Shown: piece by piece, positions 16,101-24,497 of the stretch
Layout: each line of letters begins with the position of its first letter
Numbering within the stretch: position 1 is the first letter of the stretch
From: Acidobacteriota bacterium
Lineage (GTDB): Bacteria; Acidobacteriota; UBA6911; RPQK01; JAJDTT01
Assembly: GCA_965217775.1 (NCBI GenBank)
Contig: CBDCJH010000002.1
Span: forward strand, 4,672,001 to 4,736,000
Reading direction: 5' to 3'
Length of the DNA stretch: 64,000 bases
The notes under the pieces: model-generated
What the model saw: only the letters and a program-made list of their open reading frames with translations
Databases searched by the model: none
What the model was told of the DNA's origin: nothing
Translations under genes and position numbers: made by a program

Positions 16101-18974
16101 TCCCGGCTCGGGTGTGGCCAGCAGCAGGTCCACCGAATGAAAGCCCTGATCACCGTCGATGACGGCCGCCGCAGCGAAGTCGTCGTTGGCGGGGCGTTGG
16201 GCCACTCCGGAGCCCCCGCTTCCGCCGGGTGCAACTTCCACCGAGGCGGACGCTCCCTTGGCGTTCCAGGCGCTCGCCGTAAAGTAGAGGCGGACCGGAT
16301 CTCCGTCCCCGACGGAAGAGACGACGAACCGGACTTCCTGGGTCTCCCCGGCGGCGATCTCGCCGAGCGGGATCGACGAACCCAGCGGGATAGGAGAACC
16401 CTCGGAGATCGGCGAAACCGGAGGATCCGAAGGCGCCGGTGGTTCCGATCCCGGGGGACGGACGGGGGTTCCAAGTTCATCCGACAGGTCGACCGAAATC
16501 CCGTCTTCGCGAGAAACGGCCATGGAGTGGATCCGGATCTGCTCGCAACCGGAAGCCTCGGCGGTGTCCCGGCAGTCGAGGTGCAACCGGCTGCCGGCCG
16601 CCACATACTCGTCCGCGGTCACCGTCACAAGCAGTTCCTGTTCCTCCTGGCCCATAAGCAGGTTTTGGTCGGTGCCGATCATCAGATTCGGCGTGGACGC
16701 GCCCCGGATCACCGTCCATGCCAGCGCGGCCCTGGGCGGCGCCGTGTAGACCCGGCGGGCCACCACCTTCGCCCGATACGTGCCCGGTCGGGGATTCTTC
16801 AGGATGATCCACTCCACGTTGTCCACTCGGGACGTCGAGAAATGCTCCCCGCAAGCTCCTTCCCCGCAGTCGCCGTCACGGTCCAACCACAGGTCCAGGT
16901 CGTTCAGCACCGTGCTGGCGATGGTGTCCGCCGGCGGTTCGTCCCAGGTCATCACCAGGTCGAGACGGCTGGCTCCCGCCGGCACATCGATGTCGTGGTG
17001 GGCGTACTCCCCGTCCCGGAGTTCCGAAACCGCGCCGCCACCGATCCAGCCGCCGGCCCCGTCCCGGTTGAGGATGCCGGTGCGAGCCGAGACCTTGCCC
17101 AGACCGTATTGCGCCTGCATCGACCCGGGGCCTCCGGTGTTGGTGGAGGGGAAGGCGTCCGGGGCGTCCAGCCAGGGGTCCGGGCGGATGGCTCCGGCCA
17201 GCAGTCTGGCCCGGGCCAACGCCGGGTGTTCCTGGTGTTCCGGGGCGGCGTCCATCAACAGGGCGGCCACCCCCGCCACCGTGGGGGAGGACATGCTGGT
17301 GCCGCTGATCGCCCGATATTCGCCACGGCTCCCGCCGCCGACGGCCGAGTGGACGCGGACACCGGTGGCGACGACCTGAGGCGCCAGGCGTCCGTCCGCC
17401 GTGGGTCCGTGGCTGCTGAACAGTGCGAGGGCTCCGCTGTCCAGGGCGGCACCTACGGAGAGGGAGTTCTTGGCGGCTCCGAAATCGGAGAAGCCATCGA
17501 TGTTCTCGTTGGACTGCGCGACGACGTACAGTTGGCGATGCCCCCAGACGATGGAATCCAGCTTGCGTTCGGCGAATCCCCTGCCGTCGAACGTCCTGGA
17601 GGAAGAGCTCAGACTCATGTTGACGATCAGGGGCCTGACGGGATCGGAGAATCGGCCCGGTTCGGCACACTCCGTCGCCTCGGCCAGGAAGTCCATCCCG
17701 CGAAGAATCGAGTCGACCGAACCGAAGCCAAAGCTGTTGAGCACTCGCCCGAAACGGATGTGCTTCACCGAAGGCGCCATGCCGGCGAAACGGCGCTGGA
17801 CAGACCCGTTTCCGATCATGGTCCCGGTCACGTGGGTTCCGTGGCCTCCTTCGTCGATCCAGAGATCCTCCGCCTCATTCGCGGGAGAGGAAAAGAAGGA
17901 AAACCAAGCGAGGTTGGCGCCGCAGATGCTCTCCCGGTTCGACCCGATGTCCAAGTGGTTGACGTTGAGCCCGGTGTCCATGACCCCGATGGGGACGGAA
18001 GCGCCGCCCATGCCGGAGAAGATCCCGGGGGAACCGTCGTACGCTCGCAGGGCGTCCGCCCCCATGGCGGGAACGGAGGTGTCGTGCGCCGGCCGGACGA
18101 CGCCGACCGGTTCCACGGCCAATACGTAATCGGCCGCGGCGATGGCTTCCACTTGACCGTGGGAAACGTTGGCCGTGTAGGCCCGCAGATCCGGATCCCA
18201 CCGGCCCACTACGGCGCCCTGGTCCTCCAACGCCCGCCGCCACCGGCCGTCGGGATCGTCCGTCATCAGGGTGATGAAGACGGGCGCCTGATCTTGAGGG
18301 GGCGCTTCCATCAGCTCGCGGGCGAACGCCTCCGGAAGTTTCCGCTCCGGGGGGACGGCACCCAGCCCGTCGACTTCCGGCAGGGCTACGATCTCGTGCA
18401 ACAGGGCCGGGTCACCGGGCAGTCGGGCGCGGACGAGGTTGCCCGAGGAACCGAGAGCCGTTGCGCCGAACTCGGCGAGAGACCCCGTCACGTCGCTCGG
18501 CATGGCGTCGCCGGCCAGCCGGACCCAGCCGAAGGACCAGTCGCGTGCGGCGGCGGTCGCCTGGTCGACGAGTGCCTCGATGGACAGGCTTGCGTCCATC
18601 CAGTCCGGACCGGCACTCGGCCGCTCGTCGCCGGCATCGGCGTCGCCTGCGATTCGCGCGCGGGGCATCTCCCCGTGGTAGGAGATGAAGGAATAACCGT
18701 CGGGCGGCGAGGGAACCGTGTCCTCCGCGGATTTATCGACGGCGGGCGGTGTTTCAGCCGTTCGGGGCGCCGCCTGAATCTCAAGTTCCGGGACAGTTCC
18801 CCCACTTTCGGCTTCGATCCGGGCCATGGCGGCACGGGTCGCCATCGCCTCTCCCGTCAGCTCCGGCTCCGGCTCTTCGCCAGGCGTCATGTAGTAGGCG
18901 ATCAGCCCCGCCAGGCCAGCGGCCACGGCCAACGACATCAGGACAAGGATGGTTCGCTTATTTGCTGTCCGCAT
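13134..18974 (-). CDS. Large membrane-anchored S8 (subtilisin) serine peptidase with repeated beta domains and C-terminal beta-propeller
   Basis: Triad motifs VMDTG, GHGTHV, GTSMSSP; four ND(D/Q)-initiated repeats with W(Y/W)xWxAPxDG-like motifs; SPDGRHAYV propeller motif. Confidence 0.9.
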   Translation of the reverse strand: MRTANKRTILVLMSLAVAAGLAGLIAYYMTPGEEPEPELTGEAMATRAAMARIEAESGGTVPELEIQAAPRTAETPPAVDKSAEDTVPSPPDGYSFISYHGEMPRARIAGDADAGDERPSAGPDWMDASLSIEALVDQATAAARDWSFGWVRLAGDAMPSDVTGSLAEFGATALGSSGNLVRARLPGDPALLHEIVALPEVDGLGAVPPERKLPEAFARELMEAPPQDQAPVFITLMTDDPDGRWRRALEDQGAVVGRWDPDLRAYTANVSHGQVEAIAAADYVLAVEPVGVVRPAHDTSVPAMGADALRAYDGSPGIFSGMGGASVPIGVMDTGLNVNHLDIGSNRESICGANLAWFSFFSSPANEAEDLWIDEGGHGTHVTGTMIGNGSVQRRFAGMAPSVKHIRFGRVLNSFGFGSVDSILRGMDFLAEATECAEPGRFSDPVRPLIVNMSLSSSSRTFDGRGFAERKLDSIVWGHRQLYVVAQSNENIDGFSDFGAAKNSLSVGAALDSGALALFSSHGPTADGRLAPQVVATGVRVHSAVGGGSRGEYRAISGTSMSSPTVAGVAALLMDAAPEHQEHPALARARLLAGAIRPDPWLDAPDAFPSTNTGGPGSMQAQYGLGKVSARTGILNRDGAGGWIGGGAVSELRDGEYAHHDIDVPAGASRLDLVMTWDEPPADTIASTVLNDLDLWLDRDGDCGEGACGEHFSTSRVDNVEWIILKNPRPGTYRAKVVARRVYTAPPRAALAWTVIRGASTPNLMIGTDQNLLMGQEEQELLVTVTADEYVAAGSRLHLDCRDTAEASGCEQIRIHSMAVSREDGISVDLSDELGTPVRPPGSEPPAPSDPPVSPISEGSPIPLGSSIPLGEIAAGETQEVRFVVSSVGDGDPVRLYFTASAWNAKGASASVEVAPGGSGGSGVAQRPANDDFAAAAVIDGDQGFHSVDLLLATPEPGEPLFGPRSGRPAGSVWYRWTAPADGAVRFNLHPPGELGGARNDRVDVFRGDAIAALEGVASDQWGAIFFAEEGEIYRIRVSHMLRGIALDLRWSQGDRPVNDDFDRAAVLEGASGAVRGSSQGATLEPGEWFGIDAGTTWYRWTAPGDGWWRFSSDPTKRVFAFEGDGIPALRLVSQLPAGAADFPAAAGNEYRIAVAAPSADAPSGPYELSWEGLLIAAVLDNDQHIGAMPLESVPSSQFIIGIDPVATVEPGEPLETGVRTRWWVWEAPEDGRYTWRLQEPVTYSYLRVTVFSGPSMQGPTSIEDLDLVAQTRPHVAPADFVFQANAGQRYWIAVGFPARSFEAYLLPAATAFVTWGPTPDNDNLAAAAALDEASGSVSDSNRFASTERGERTSLLGHSSLWWTYEAAAAGWYRFWLDDPYSPWVLSIYEDSRDGSGSIEFVRSSHQPEGIEADAIEVVFRGEEGSRYTVRLGARGDHPGSDFTLNWEETDPPVWLKYAGRLADGDRDANGASVRLRGPASLAFNGRGTALYAASRLGLQVFERNSKTGGLALTQLLEDDGLEDSSLIWDPHRDRLYAHRCGTWRGFAPIDETQRELDDEGAIPVTGDPPATAECSPGEFGDLFMDGEGSFLNAVLPGAGQLQILALDTPGELPHVQTLEVPGLTRALISNAGGHVYAGTFRSLHVFERDAETGTLTDATKGVNPLFGLEALAITGDDRHLFVFHGNGWSATVFDLEADPTDPSPLGTLEVTPAWPRLPDFPIPIPGFPSFGSSGSCALAGIRRGTPAVDVFCTDLAYDVEWRPGPDDADNGDVEPDDAPPGEFALTDYVSNRQPDRFNNPVPEFGETRSLATSPDGRHAYVDTENEGILVFERIGAGAAETGLGDSAYIRLESLSVSPGRVTFGPVSTAGCIGLEDAVIDGIHYAVVNSGWQTRASSDGEWSDVEGTRTTGQLCAYAPSSAGEYRLAAEIRIDGELGRYSSNTIQ

Positions 18975-19016
18975 AATCCACCTGCTTCTCCGACCCGGAT
19001 TTCTCACCCGGGGCCT

Positions 19017-20438
19017 TCAATTCGACGAAATGGAGACCTTGGAAATCGTCCAGTCCCCGTCCTCATCCCGGCTTGCGATGAGGGTGACCTGATACTCATT
19101 GAGAGTCGCGTCTTCGATGTTGTGGCTCTGAGCGTGACAGAGAATGACCTGTTCCATCCGCAGACAGGCCGTGCCGCTGGCGGCCACGGCAAAGGTGCCG
19201 ACGGTGTTGCCTCCGGCATCCTTCAGGTCGCATTGGCCGCCCGGTGGAATGACGCTCCCGGCGGCGCAGGCCTGGGCAGAGGGTTCGGTGACGGTGAGCG
19301 TCGCCGTGGCCGTCGCCGTTTGTCCGTCCCCGTCTTGAACCGTGATGCGATAGGTCGTGGTGGCTGTGGGCGACACGGTCCGCGATCCGGACGTCGGGAC
19401 GGCGCCGATATCAGGGATGATCTCCGCGCTCTCGGCGTTTGTCGACGTCCAACTCAAGGTCGCTTCCCGGCCCCGTTCGATGGAGGTGGGAGAAACCGAG
19501 ATCCTCGCCGCCGGCCGTGTCGTGGGCTCACCATCGGGGAAGTGAATCGGGGTCGTGATGGGGACGCTGGTGACCGGGATCGAGCTGAAGAGATGCCCCG
19601 ATTGCAGGAGCACGATCGGATGGACGTCGAAAATCTCCTCCGGCTCATCGTCCTCATTCACCCGGCGAAGATGGAGGGTGCCATAGAATTGCGGACCGAC
19701 CTCGGGGAAGAACTCGTCAACGTACAGCGCCTGATGCCCGCCCGGTCCGAGTGTCAGTGGCTTGCTGGAGTTGTGTTCTCCCTCGGAATCGAGAAGATAG
19801 GCCCTCAGGCGAGCCGCACCGCCCGAACTGTTCGCCAACGCCAGCGCCGTTCTGGTGCGGGCCGCGGTGTCCCGGACCACCGGTAGAGAAAACGCGGGCG
19901 TTCCCAGACTAGCCCCGACACCGACGATGGCGCTGATTCGCCGGTTATCGGGATCGAAGAGACTGTAGGCGGCGACTCCTCCGATCCGCTTGCCGGAGGG
20001 AGCCGACGCGCTCGCCCAACCCACCGAGAGGTTTCCGGAACCGCCGGTCTCCAGAAAGACCGATTGAGAGGCGGGTATGGTGACCGAAATCGAGTCGCCC
20101 GACCCAGCCAATTCGTCCGTTCCCAATCGGTAGAGGTCGACGACCATGCCCAACCCGTCGGAACGCCGGAACCGGAGGGTCGCCACGAGTTCGTCCTCTT
20201 CGGCATTGGTGAGAAATATGGCGGTGGTGATTCCGATGCCTTCGTCGACCCCGTCCGCCACTTGCGGGAATACGACTTCGTTGCCCGCACCGGTGACGAA
20301 CTGCACTTGTCCTGCCAGCTCGGTGAGCGCGCCGATCTTCTGTTGATGCGGTGCGGACGGCTCACCTTCGGCCAAGGTGAGCGCAACCCCCAGGGACAAG
20401 ACCCACGGCATGGCTGCCGGGACCGATCTTCGTGTCAT
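19017..20438 (-). CDS. Secreted hypothetical protein with Ig/PKD-like domain
   Basis: Signal peptide; FPQVADG...TAIFLTN N-terminal domain; ATLSWTSTNA...SPTATTTY Ig-like repeat. Confidence 0.7.
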   Translation of the reverse strand: MTRRSVPAAMPWVLSLGVALTLAEGEPSAPHQQKIGALTELAGQVQFVTGAGNEVVFPQVADGVDEGIGITTAIFLTNAEEDELVATLRFRRSDGLGMVVDLYRLGTDELAGSGDSISVTIPASQSVFLETGGSGNLSVGWASASAPSGKRIGGVAAYSLFDPDNRRISAIVGVGASLGTPAFSLPVVRDTAARTRTALALANSSGGAARLRAYLLDSEGEHNSSKPLTLGPGGHQALYVDEFFPEVGPQFYGTLHLRRVNEDDEPEEIFDVHPIVLLQSGHLFSSIPVTSVPITTPIHFPDGEPTTRPAARISVSPTSIERGREATLSWTSTNAESAEIIPDIGAVPTSGSRTVSPTATTTYRITVQDGDGQTATATATLTVTEPSAQACAAGSVIPPGGQCDLKDAGGNTVGTFAVAASGTACLRMEQVILCHAQSHNIEDATLNEYQVTLIASRDEDGDWTISKVSISSN

Positions 20439-20691
20439 GTTTTTTCCTCCACCGGCGTTAGGTGCTTTATATGGTAGCAACTAAGGCGTGGTTGGTGAGG
20501 ACCAGGGGGTGGATTAGAGGGTGGCCCAGGGGCGATGTCCGGACGCCCCGCCTGTCGCCTGCCACGAGGGTTTGTCAATCGTATCGCCAGGCGACTTTTG
20601 CCACGAGGGGCGGACTGCTAAGCTGGAATATGTTGCGCGTCGTTGAAACGGAGGTGTCCGTCACGGGACGCCCGTGCGGGAGACGATACGG

Positions 20692-21144
20692 ATGAACGCC
20701 TCGTTCGACACTCTCGCGGCCGCCCGCGAGCTGGAATCCGGTGGCTTCGACGACAAGCAAGCTGCAGTCTTGCTGAAGGTCATGCGCATGAGTGGAGAGT
20801 CCACCGTCACGAAATCCGATCTCGCCCTCGTGAAATCGGATCTCTCCCGCATGGATGAGTCGTTGCGGCGAGAGATCGTCGCAACCAGAGTTGAACTCCG
20901 GTCCTCGATTGCCGAGTTGCGCACGGAAATTGCATCCACTGCGGGCGAGGTGCGTGCAGAAATTGCATCTATTACGGTCGAGTTGCGTGCAGAAATTGCA
21001 TCTACTACGGTCGAGTTGCGCGGAGAAATCGCCACGGCCAAGGCGGAGCTCCGAGCGGACATGAATGCCATGGCCAACAAGATGCTCCTCTCTCAGTTGG
21101 CCGTTGCCGGACTCCTCTTTGCCGCGATCAAGACCTTCACGTGA
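20692..21144 (+). CDS. DUF1640/CCDC90-like coiled-coil membrane protein
   Basis: FDTLAAARELESGGF...QA head, TKSDL neck, 11-aa repeats, C-terminal TM helix. Confidence 0.85.
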   Translation: MNASFDTLAAARELESGGFDDKQAAVLLKVMRMSGESTVTKSDLALVKSDLSRMDESLRREIVATRVELRSSIAELRTEIASTAGEVRAEIASITVELRAEIASTTVELRGEIATAKAELRADMNAMANKMLLSQLAVAGLLFAAIKTFT

Positions 21145-21168
21145 AGCCGACCCTTTCCTGTCGCCGAG

Positions 21169-21318
21169 GGAGCGGCGGTTTCCAGCCGCCGAAGGAGCGG
21201 CGGTTTCTAGCCGCCGATCAGGGGGGCAGGGGGGACGGAGTCCCCACTGTACACTTTCCCCCTCAATACTTTCCGGTCACCGAATCGCGTAGCAAGATAG
21301 AAGAGCAGGCGACAAGAA
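21169..21318. repeat. REP cluster and REPIN-like element (left part, interrupted by intron copy 2)
   Basis: Two tandem GGAGCGGCGGTTTCYAGCCGCC, conserved spacer, then half REP GGCGACAAGAA. Confidence 0.85.
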
Positions 21319-23235
21319 GTCACGGTAGGAACGGCAGTTTCCTGCCGCCCCCCGCACAGATCCGGACGTGCCCGTTAAGGCATCCGGCTCCTACCTTGGG
21401 TGTGGACGGCCAGCGGAACCGCTGCCCCGGCCACGGGTGACGGATCTTCACGGATGGCCAGAGCAATTCCGTCATCCGTCGCAACCGTCCCCAGCTGAAG
21501 CGGTCGCGTTGGGACCGGCGGCGCAAGGCTCGCAGCCACCGCCGTTGCAGCAGATAGCAGAAACCTCGCAGCCAGCGCGTACTCCCCGGAACCGCAAAAT
21601 AGTTCAGCCAGCCGTTCAGGACCCGGCTCAACCATTTCCCGACCTCCCAGTGATCCGCGTGCCGTTGTCTCCACAGCCTCTCCCCCAACCGTTGCAGGGT
21701 CCGGTTCATCCGTTTCGCGCTTGGCTTCCGCCCCAGCCGGAAGCGTCCCTTCCGGGTCTTCGCACAGTAGTGCGTGAACCCCAGAAAGTCGAACGTCTCC
21801 GGTTTCCGCTCCCCGCGTCGTCGCCGATCCGCTGCCGCAAATCGTCCGAACTCCACCAGTCGCGTCTTTTCCGGGTGCAGTTCCAGCCCGAACTCGGCGC
21901 ACCGTTCCCCCAGGTCTCGGAGAAACCGTTTCGCGTCCGCCCGTCTCTGGAATCCGGCCACGAAGTCGTCCGCATATCGCACCAGGATCGCTTCGCCTTT
22001 CGGGACTCGTGGGCGCCACGTCCGATGGAACCATTGGTCCAGCACGTAGTGCAGGTACACGTTGGCCATGACCGGCGAGACGTTGGCGCCCTGAGGCGTC
22101 CCTCTCCCCGTGTCCGACCAGGTCCCTTCTTCCATCACGCCGGCGTTCAGCCACTTGCGCAGCAGCCGCAGCACCCGCCGGTCTCCGATCCGCCGTTCCA
22201 CGAACTGCATCAGGCAGTCCCGGTCGATCGCATCAAAGAACGTCCGAATGTCCGCGTCCACGATCCAGTTGACTTTCCGCCGTTCGATCCCGTAGGCCAG
22301 TGCATCCAGCGCGTCATGCGCCTTCCGTCCGGGCCGGAACCCGTAGCTGAGCCCGAGAAACTCCGCCTCGTAAATCGGCGTCAGGAGCTCGTCCACGACT
22401 GCCTTCTGGAGGATCTTGTCCTCCAGCGCGGCCACGCCGAGCGGTCGTGTCCTTCCATCCGGCTTGGGGATGTTCACCCGCCGGACGGGAGGCGCTCGGT
22501 ACGCGCCCCGGTGCACGCGGCGATGCAGGTCCAGCAGTCGCTCTTCCAGCTTCGCCCCGTACTCCTCCCACCGGACCCCGTCGATTCCCGGCGCAGCATC
22601 CTTCCTCAGTCCGAGGTAGGCGCGGCGCAGGGCCTCCACAGTGATATGGTGCAGCAGCGCGGTCAGTCGCTCCTTGGGGTTTCTCGCGATCGCTCGCCGT
22701 ATCCGGTCCACCGCTTGGGACACGCTCCCCCGACTCTGCGTCCGGCGCGTGCTTTGGCTCACCGAATTCCCCTTGGTTCCATCCCTTCGCTCCACCGGCT
22801 CCGCCGAGGGTCGCCCCTCTTTGTTCGCCCGCTTCATCGCTACTATGGATGAATCCGATTGCTTCGTTCCGTCCATCATGAGTTTCGGGTTACTCCTTTC
22901 TCATGCGACCCCGGGGCGACCCCCCGGCGTGAAATGAAGCCCTCCCAGGTCCCGGAACAAGATTTGCGTACGTGCCTGGGTTCTTTGACACCGCGGAGCC
23001 CGGCCGTCCCTCACCTGGGCGGTCCAGCCGGTGTTGCCTTCGACCGCGACTACAGTCTCGGCACTTCCGATCATGGAGCTTTCGATGCTCAATAGCCTGC
23101 CCATACGCACCGCTACCGACGCTTCGCCGACACCCTCACGGGTGCCAACGCACGGCTCGCGGAGAAACGTGGATGGTTAGTCCTTCGTTTCGGCGGACTT
23201 CCACCGCCTATCTTGTGCCAGTTAGCCTGGCGCAC
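21319..23235 (-). mobile_element. Group II intron copy 2 (1917 bp)
   Basis: Same termini and identical internal ORF translations as copy 1 (offset 17329). Confidence 0.95.
21320..22879 (-). CDS. ltrA: Group II intron reverse transcriptase/maturase
   Basis: Identical 519-aa protein to 3991-5550. Confidence 0.97.
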   Translation of the reverse strand: MMDGTKQSDSSIVAMKRANKEGRPSAEPVERRDGTKGNSVSQSTRRTQSRGSVSQAVDRIRRAIARNPKERLTALLHHITVEALRRAYLGLRKDAAPGIDGVRWEEYGAKLEERLLDLHRRVHRGAYRAPPVRRVNIPKPDGRTRPLGVAALEDKILQKAVVDELLTPIYEAEFLGLSYGFRPGRKAHDALDALAYGIERRKVNWIVDADIRTFFDAIDRDCLMQFVERRIGDRRVLRLLRKWLNAGVMEEGTWSDTGRGTPQGANVSPVMANVYLHYVLDQWFHRTWRPRVPKGEAILVRYADDFVAGFQRRADAKRFLRDLGERCAEFGLELHPEKTRLVEFGRFAAADRRRRGERKPETFDFLGFTHYCAKTRKGRFRLGRKPSAKRMNRTLQRLGERLWRQRHADHWEVGKWLSRVLNGWLNYFAVPGSTRWLRGFCYLLQRRWLRALRRRSQRDRFSWGRLRRMTELLWPSVKIRHPWPGQRFRWPSTPKVGAGCLNGHVRICAGGGRKLPFLP

Positions 23236-24411
23236 AGTCGCCTCTCCCAGTGGGCGACTGGAAATCGCCCCTCCGGGCGATTGGAAATTGCCCGTCCCGC
23301 AGACTTCCCGGATCATGCGGCGATAGATCTCCACCGCTGCTTCGAGTTGCTCGATGGAGATCCACTCTCCCACCGTGTGGGCCTGGGCGATGTTGCCGGG
23401 ACCCAGGACCACCAATTCGTCGACCTGGTCCTTGATCCAGATGGAGTCGGTACCGTAGGGGACGGTCTTGGGCTTCCGTCCGCCGCCGGCCCGGGATGCC
23501 AGTTGCACCAGGTCGGCATCGGGAGGAACGTAGAAAGGACCCTTGTACGCGGTCTCCACCTCCAGGCCGTGGGCTCTGGCCCTGCCGGCGACGATCTCCA
23601 TCAGTTCCCGGCTCTGGTCGCCGGGCATGGGCCGGAAGCCGACTTGGCAGGTGCACCTGGCCGCGCTCACGTTGGGGCGGGTGCCGCCGTCCTCGAAGAC
23701 CATGTTGAAACCGTTGGTGGGCGGATCGAAGTCCGGGTTCCGGTAGCGGGGATCCTTTTTCACATCCTTGGCCAGCTCAGCCATCTCGGCCAGGAAAGGA
23801 GCGATCAGAAAATTGGCCGAGGTGCCGAGATCGGTGCTGGTGTGGGCCGCTCTGCCCCGGGCCGTGGCCATGACCAGGACTCCGCCCTTGTGGGCATAGA
23901 CCGGCCACAACTCGGTAGGCTCGGCCACTACAGCGTAGGTCGGCCGTGCTTCGTTGAAGAACCGGGACTCCCGGACCACCTGCTTGGCCCCGCCCCCGCC
24001 CACTTCCTCGTCGGCGGTGGCCATGACCAGGACCGGATGCTTCAGGTCCCCTGAGTCCACCGTCGCGGCCGCAGCCATGGTGGCCGCCAGAGGTCCCTTC
24101 ATGTCGCAGGATCCCCTTCCGGAAATCTTTCCGTCCCCGGCCACCGGGTCGTAGGGGTCCCAGTCCTCTTCCTGTCCCGGCACCGTGTCGGTGTGGGAGA
24201 AGAAGGCCAACCCCCCCGTTCCCGATCCCTTCCGGCCGACGATGCTGACCTTGGTCTCCCCGTTTTCGTCCACGTAGTCGAGGCGCTCGGTTTCGAAGCC
24301 GTGCTCTCGAAACCGCTCCTCCACCAGGTCGGAGATCAGAGCGTTGCTCCAGCGGCTGACGGATTTGATGGCGACGAGATCCCGGGTCAGGGAAACAGGG
24401 TCGAGTTGCAT
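23113..24411 (-). CDS. argE: M20 family deacylase (acetylornithine deacetylase ArgE-like); 3' end runs through REPs into the intron
   Basis: SHTDTVP, GRGSCDMKG, DEEVG, AEPT, AHTVGEWI motifs. Confidence 0.8.
   Translation of the reverse strand: MQLDPVSLTRDLVAIKSVSRWSNALISDLVEERFREHGFETERLDYVDENGETKVSIVGRKGSGTGGLAFFSHTDTVPGQEEDWDPYDPVAGDGKISGRGSCDMKGPLAATMAAAATVDSGDLKHPVLVMATADEEVGGGGAKQVVRESRFFNEARPTYAVVAEPTELWPVYAHKGGVLVMATARGRAAHTSTDLGTSANFLIAPFLAEMAELAKDVKKDPRYRNPDFDPPTNGFNMVFEDGGTRPNVSAARCTCQVGFRPMPGDQSRELMEIVAGRARAHGLEVETAYKGPFYVPPDADLVQLASRAGGGRKPKTVPYGTDSIWIKDQVDELVVLGPGNIAQAHTVGEWISIEQLEAAVEIYRRMIREVCGTGNFQSPGGAISSRPLGEATVRQANWHKIGGGSPPKRRTNHPRFSASRALAPVRVSAKRR
23236..23293 (-). repeat. 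Remainder of interrupted REP plus two more REP hairpins, within the argE-like ORF
   Basis: AGTCGCCTCTCC, GGGCGACTGGAAATCGCCCCTCC, GGGCGATTGGAAATTGCCC. Confidence 0.8.
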
Positions 24412-24497
24412 GCGAATTTCTCCTGCTCAACAGGCGGGCGCCAAAGTCCGCTCGGCGCCCACTCTTTTCCTCTTTACTCTTTCCTCTTTGCTTTCCG

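Noticed and set aside
15108-19886. 1592-aa plus-strand ORF and other long antisense ORFs (e.g. 7700-9571, 38484-40925, 57336-59636)
   Set aside because: Shadow frames of well-supported opposite-strand genes, expected in high-GC DNA; no recognisable motifs
21319-23235. Second intron copy as an assembly artefact
   Set aside because: Each copy cleanly splits a different, self-consistent REP (G/C versus A/T stem pair matched across the junction) and preserves gene order and REPIN structure; long reads would still be the final test
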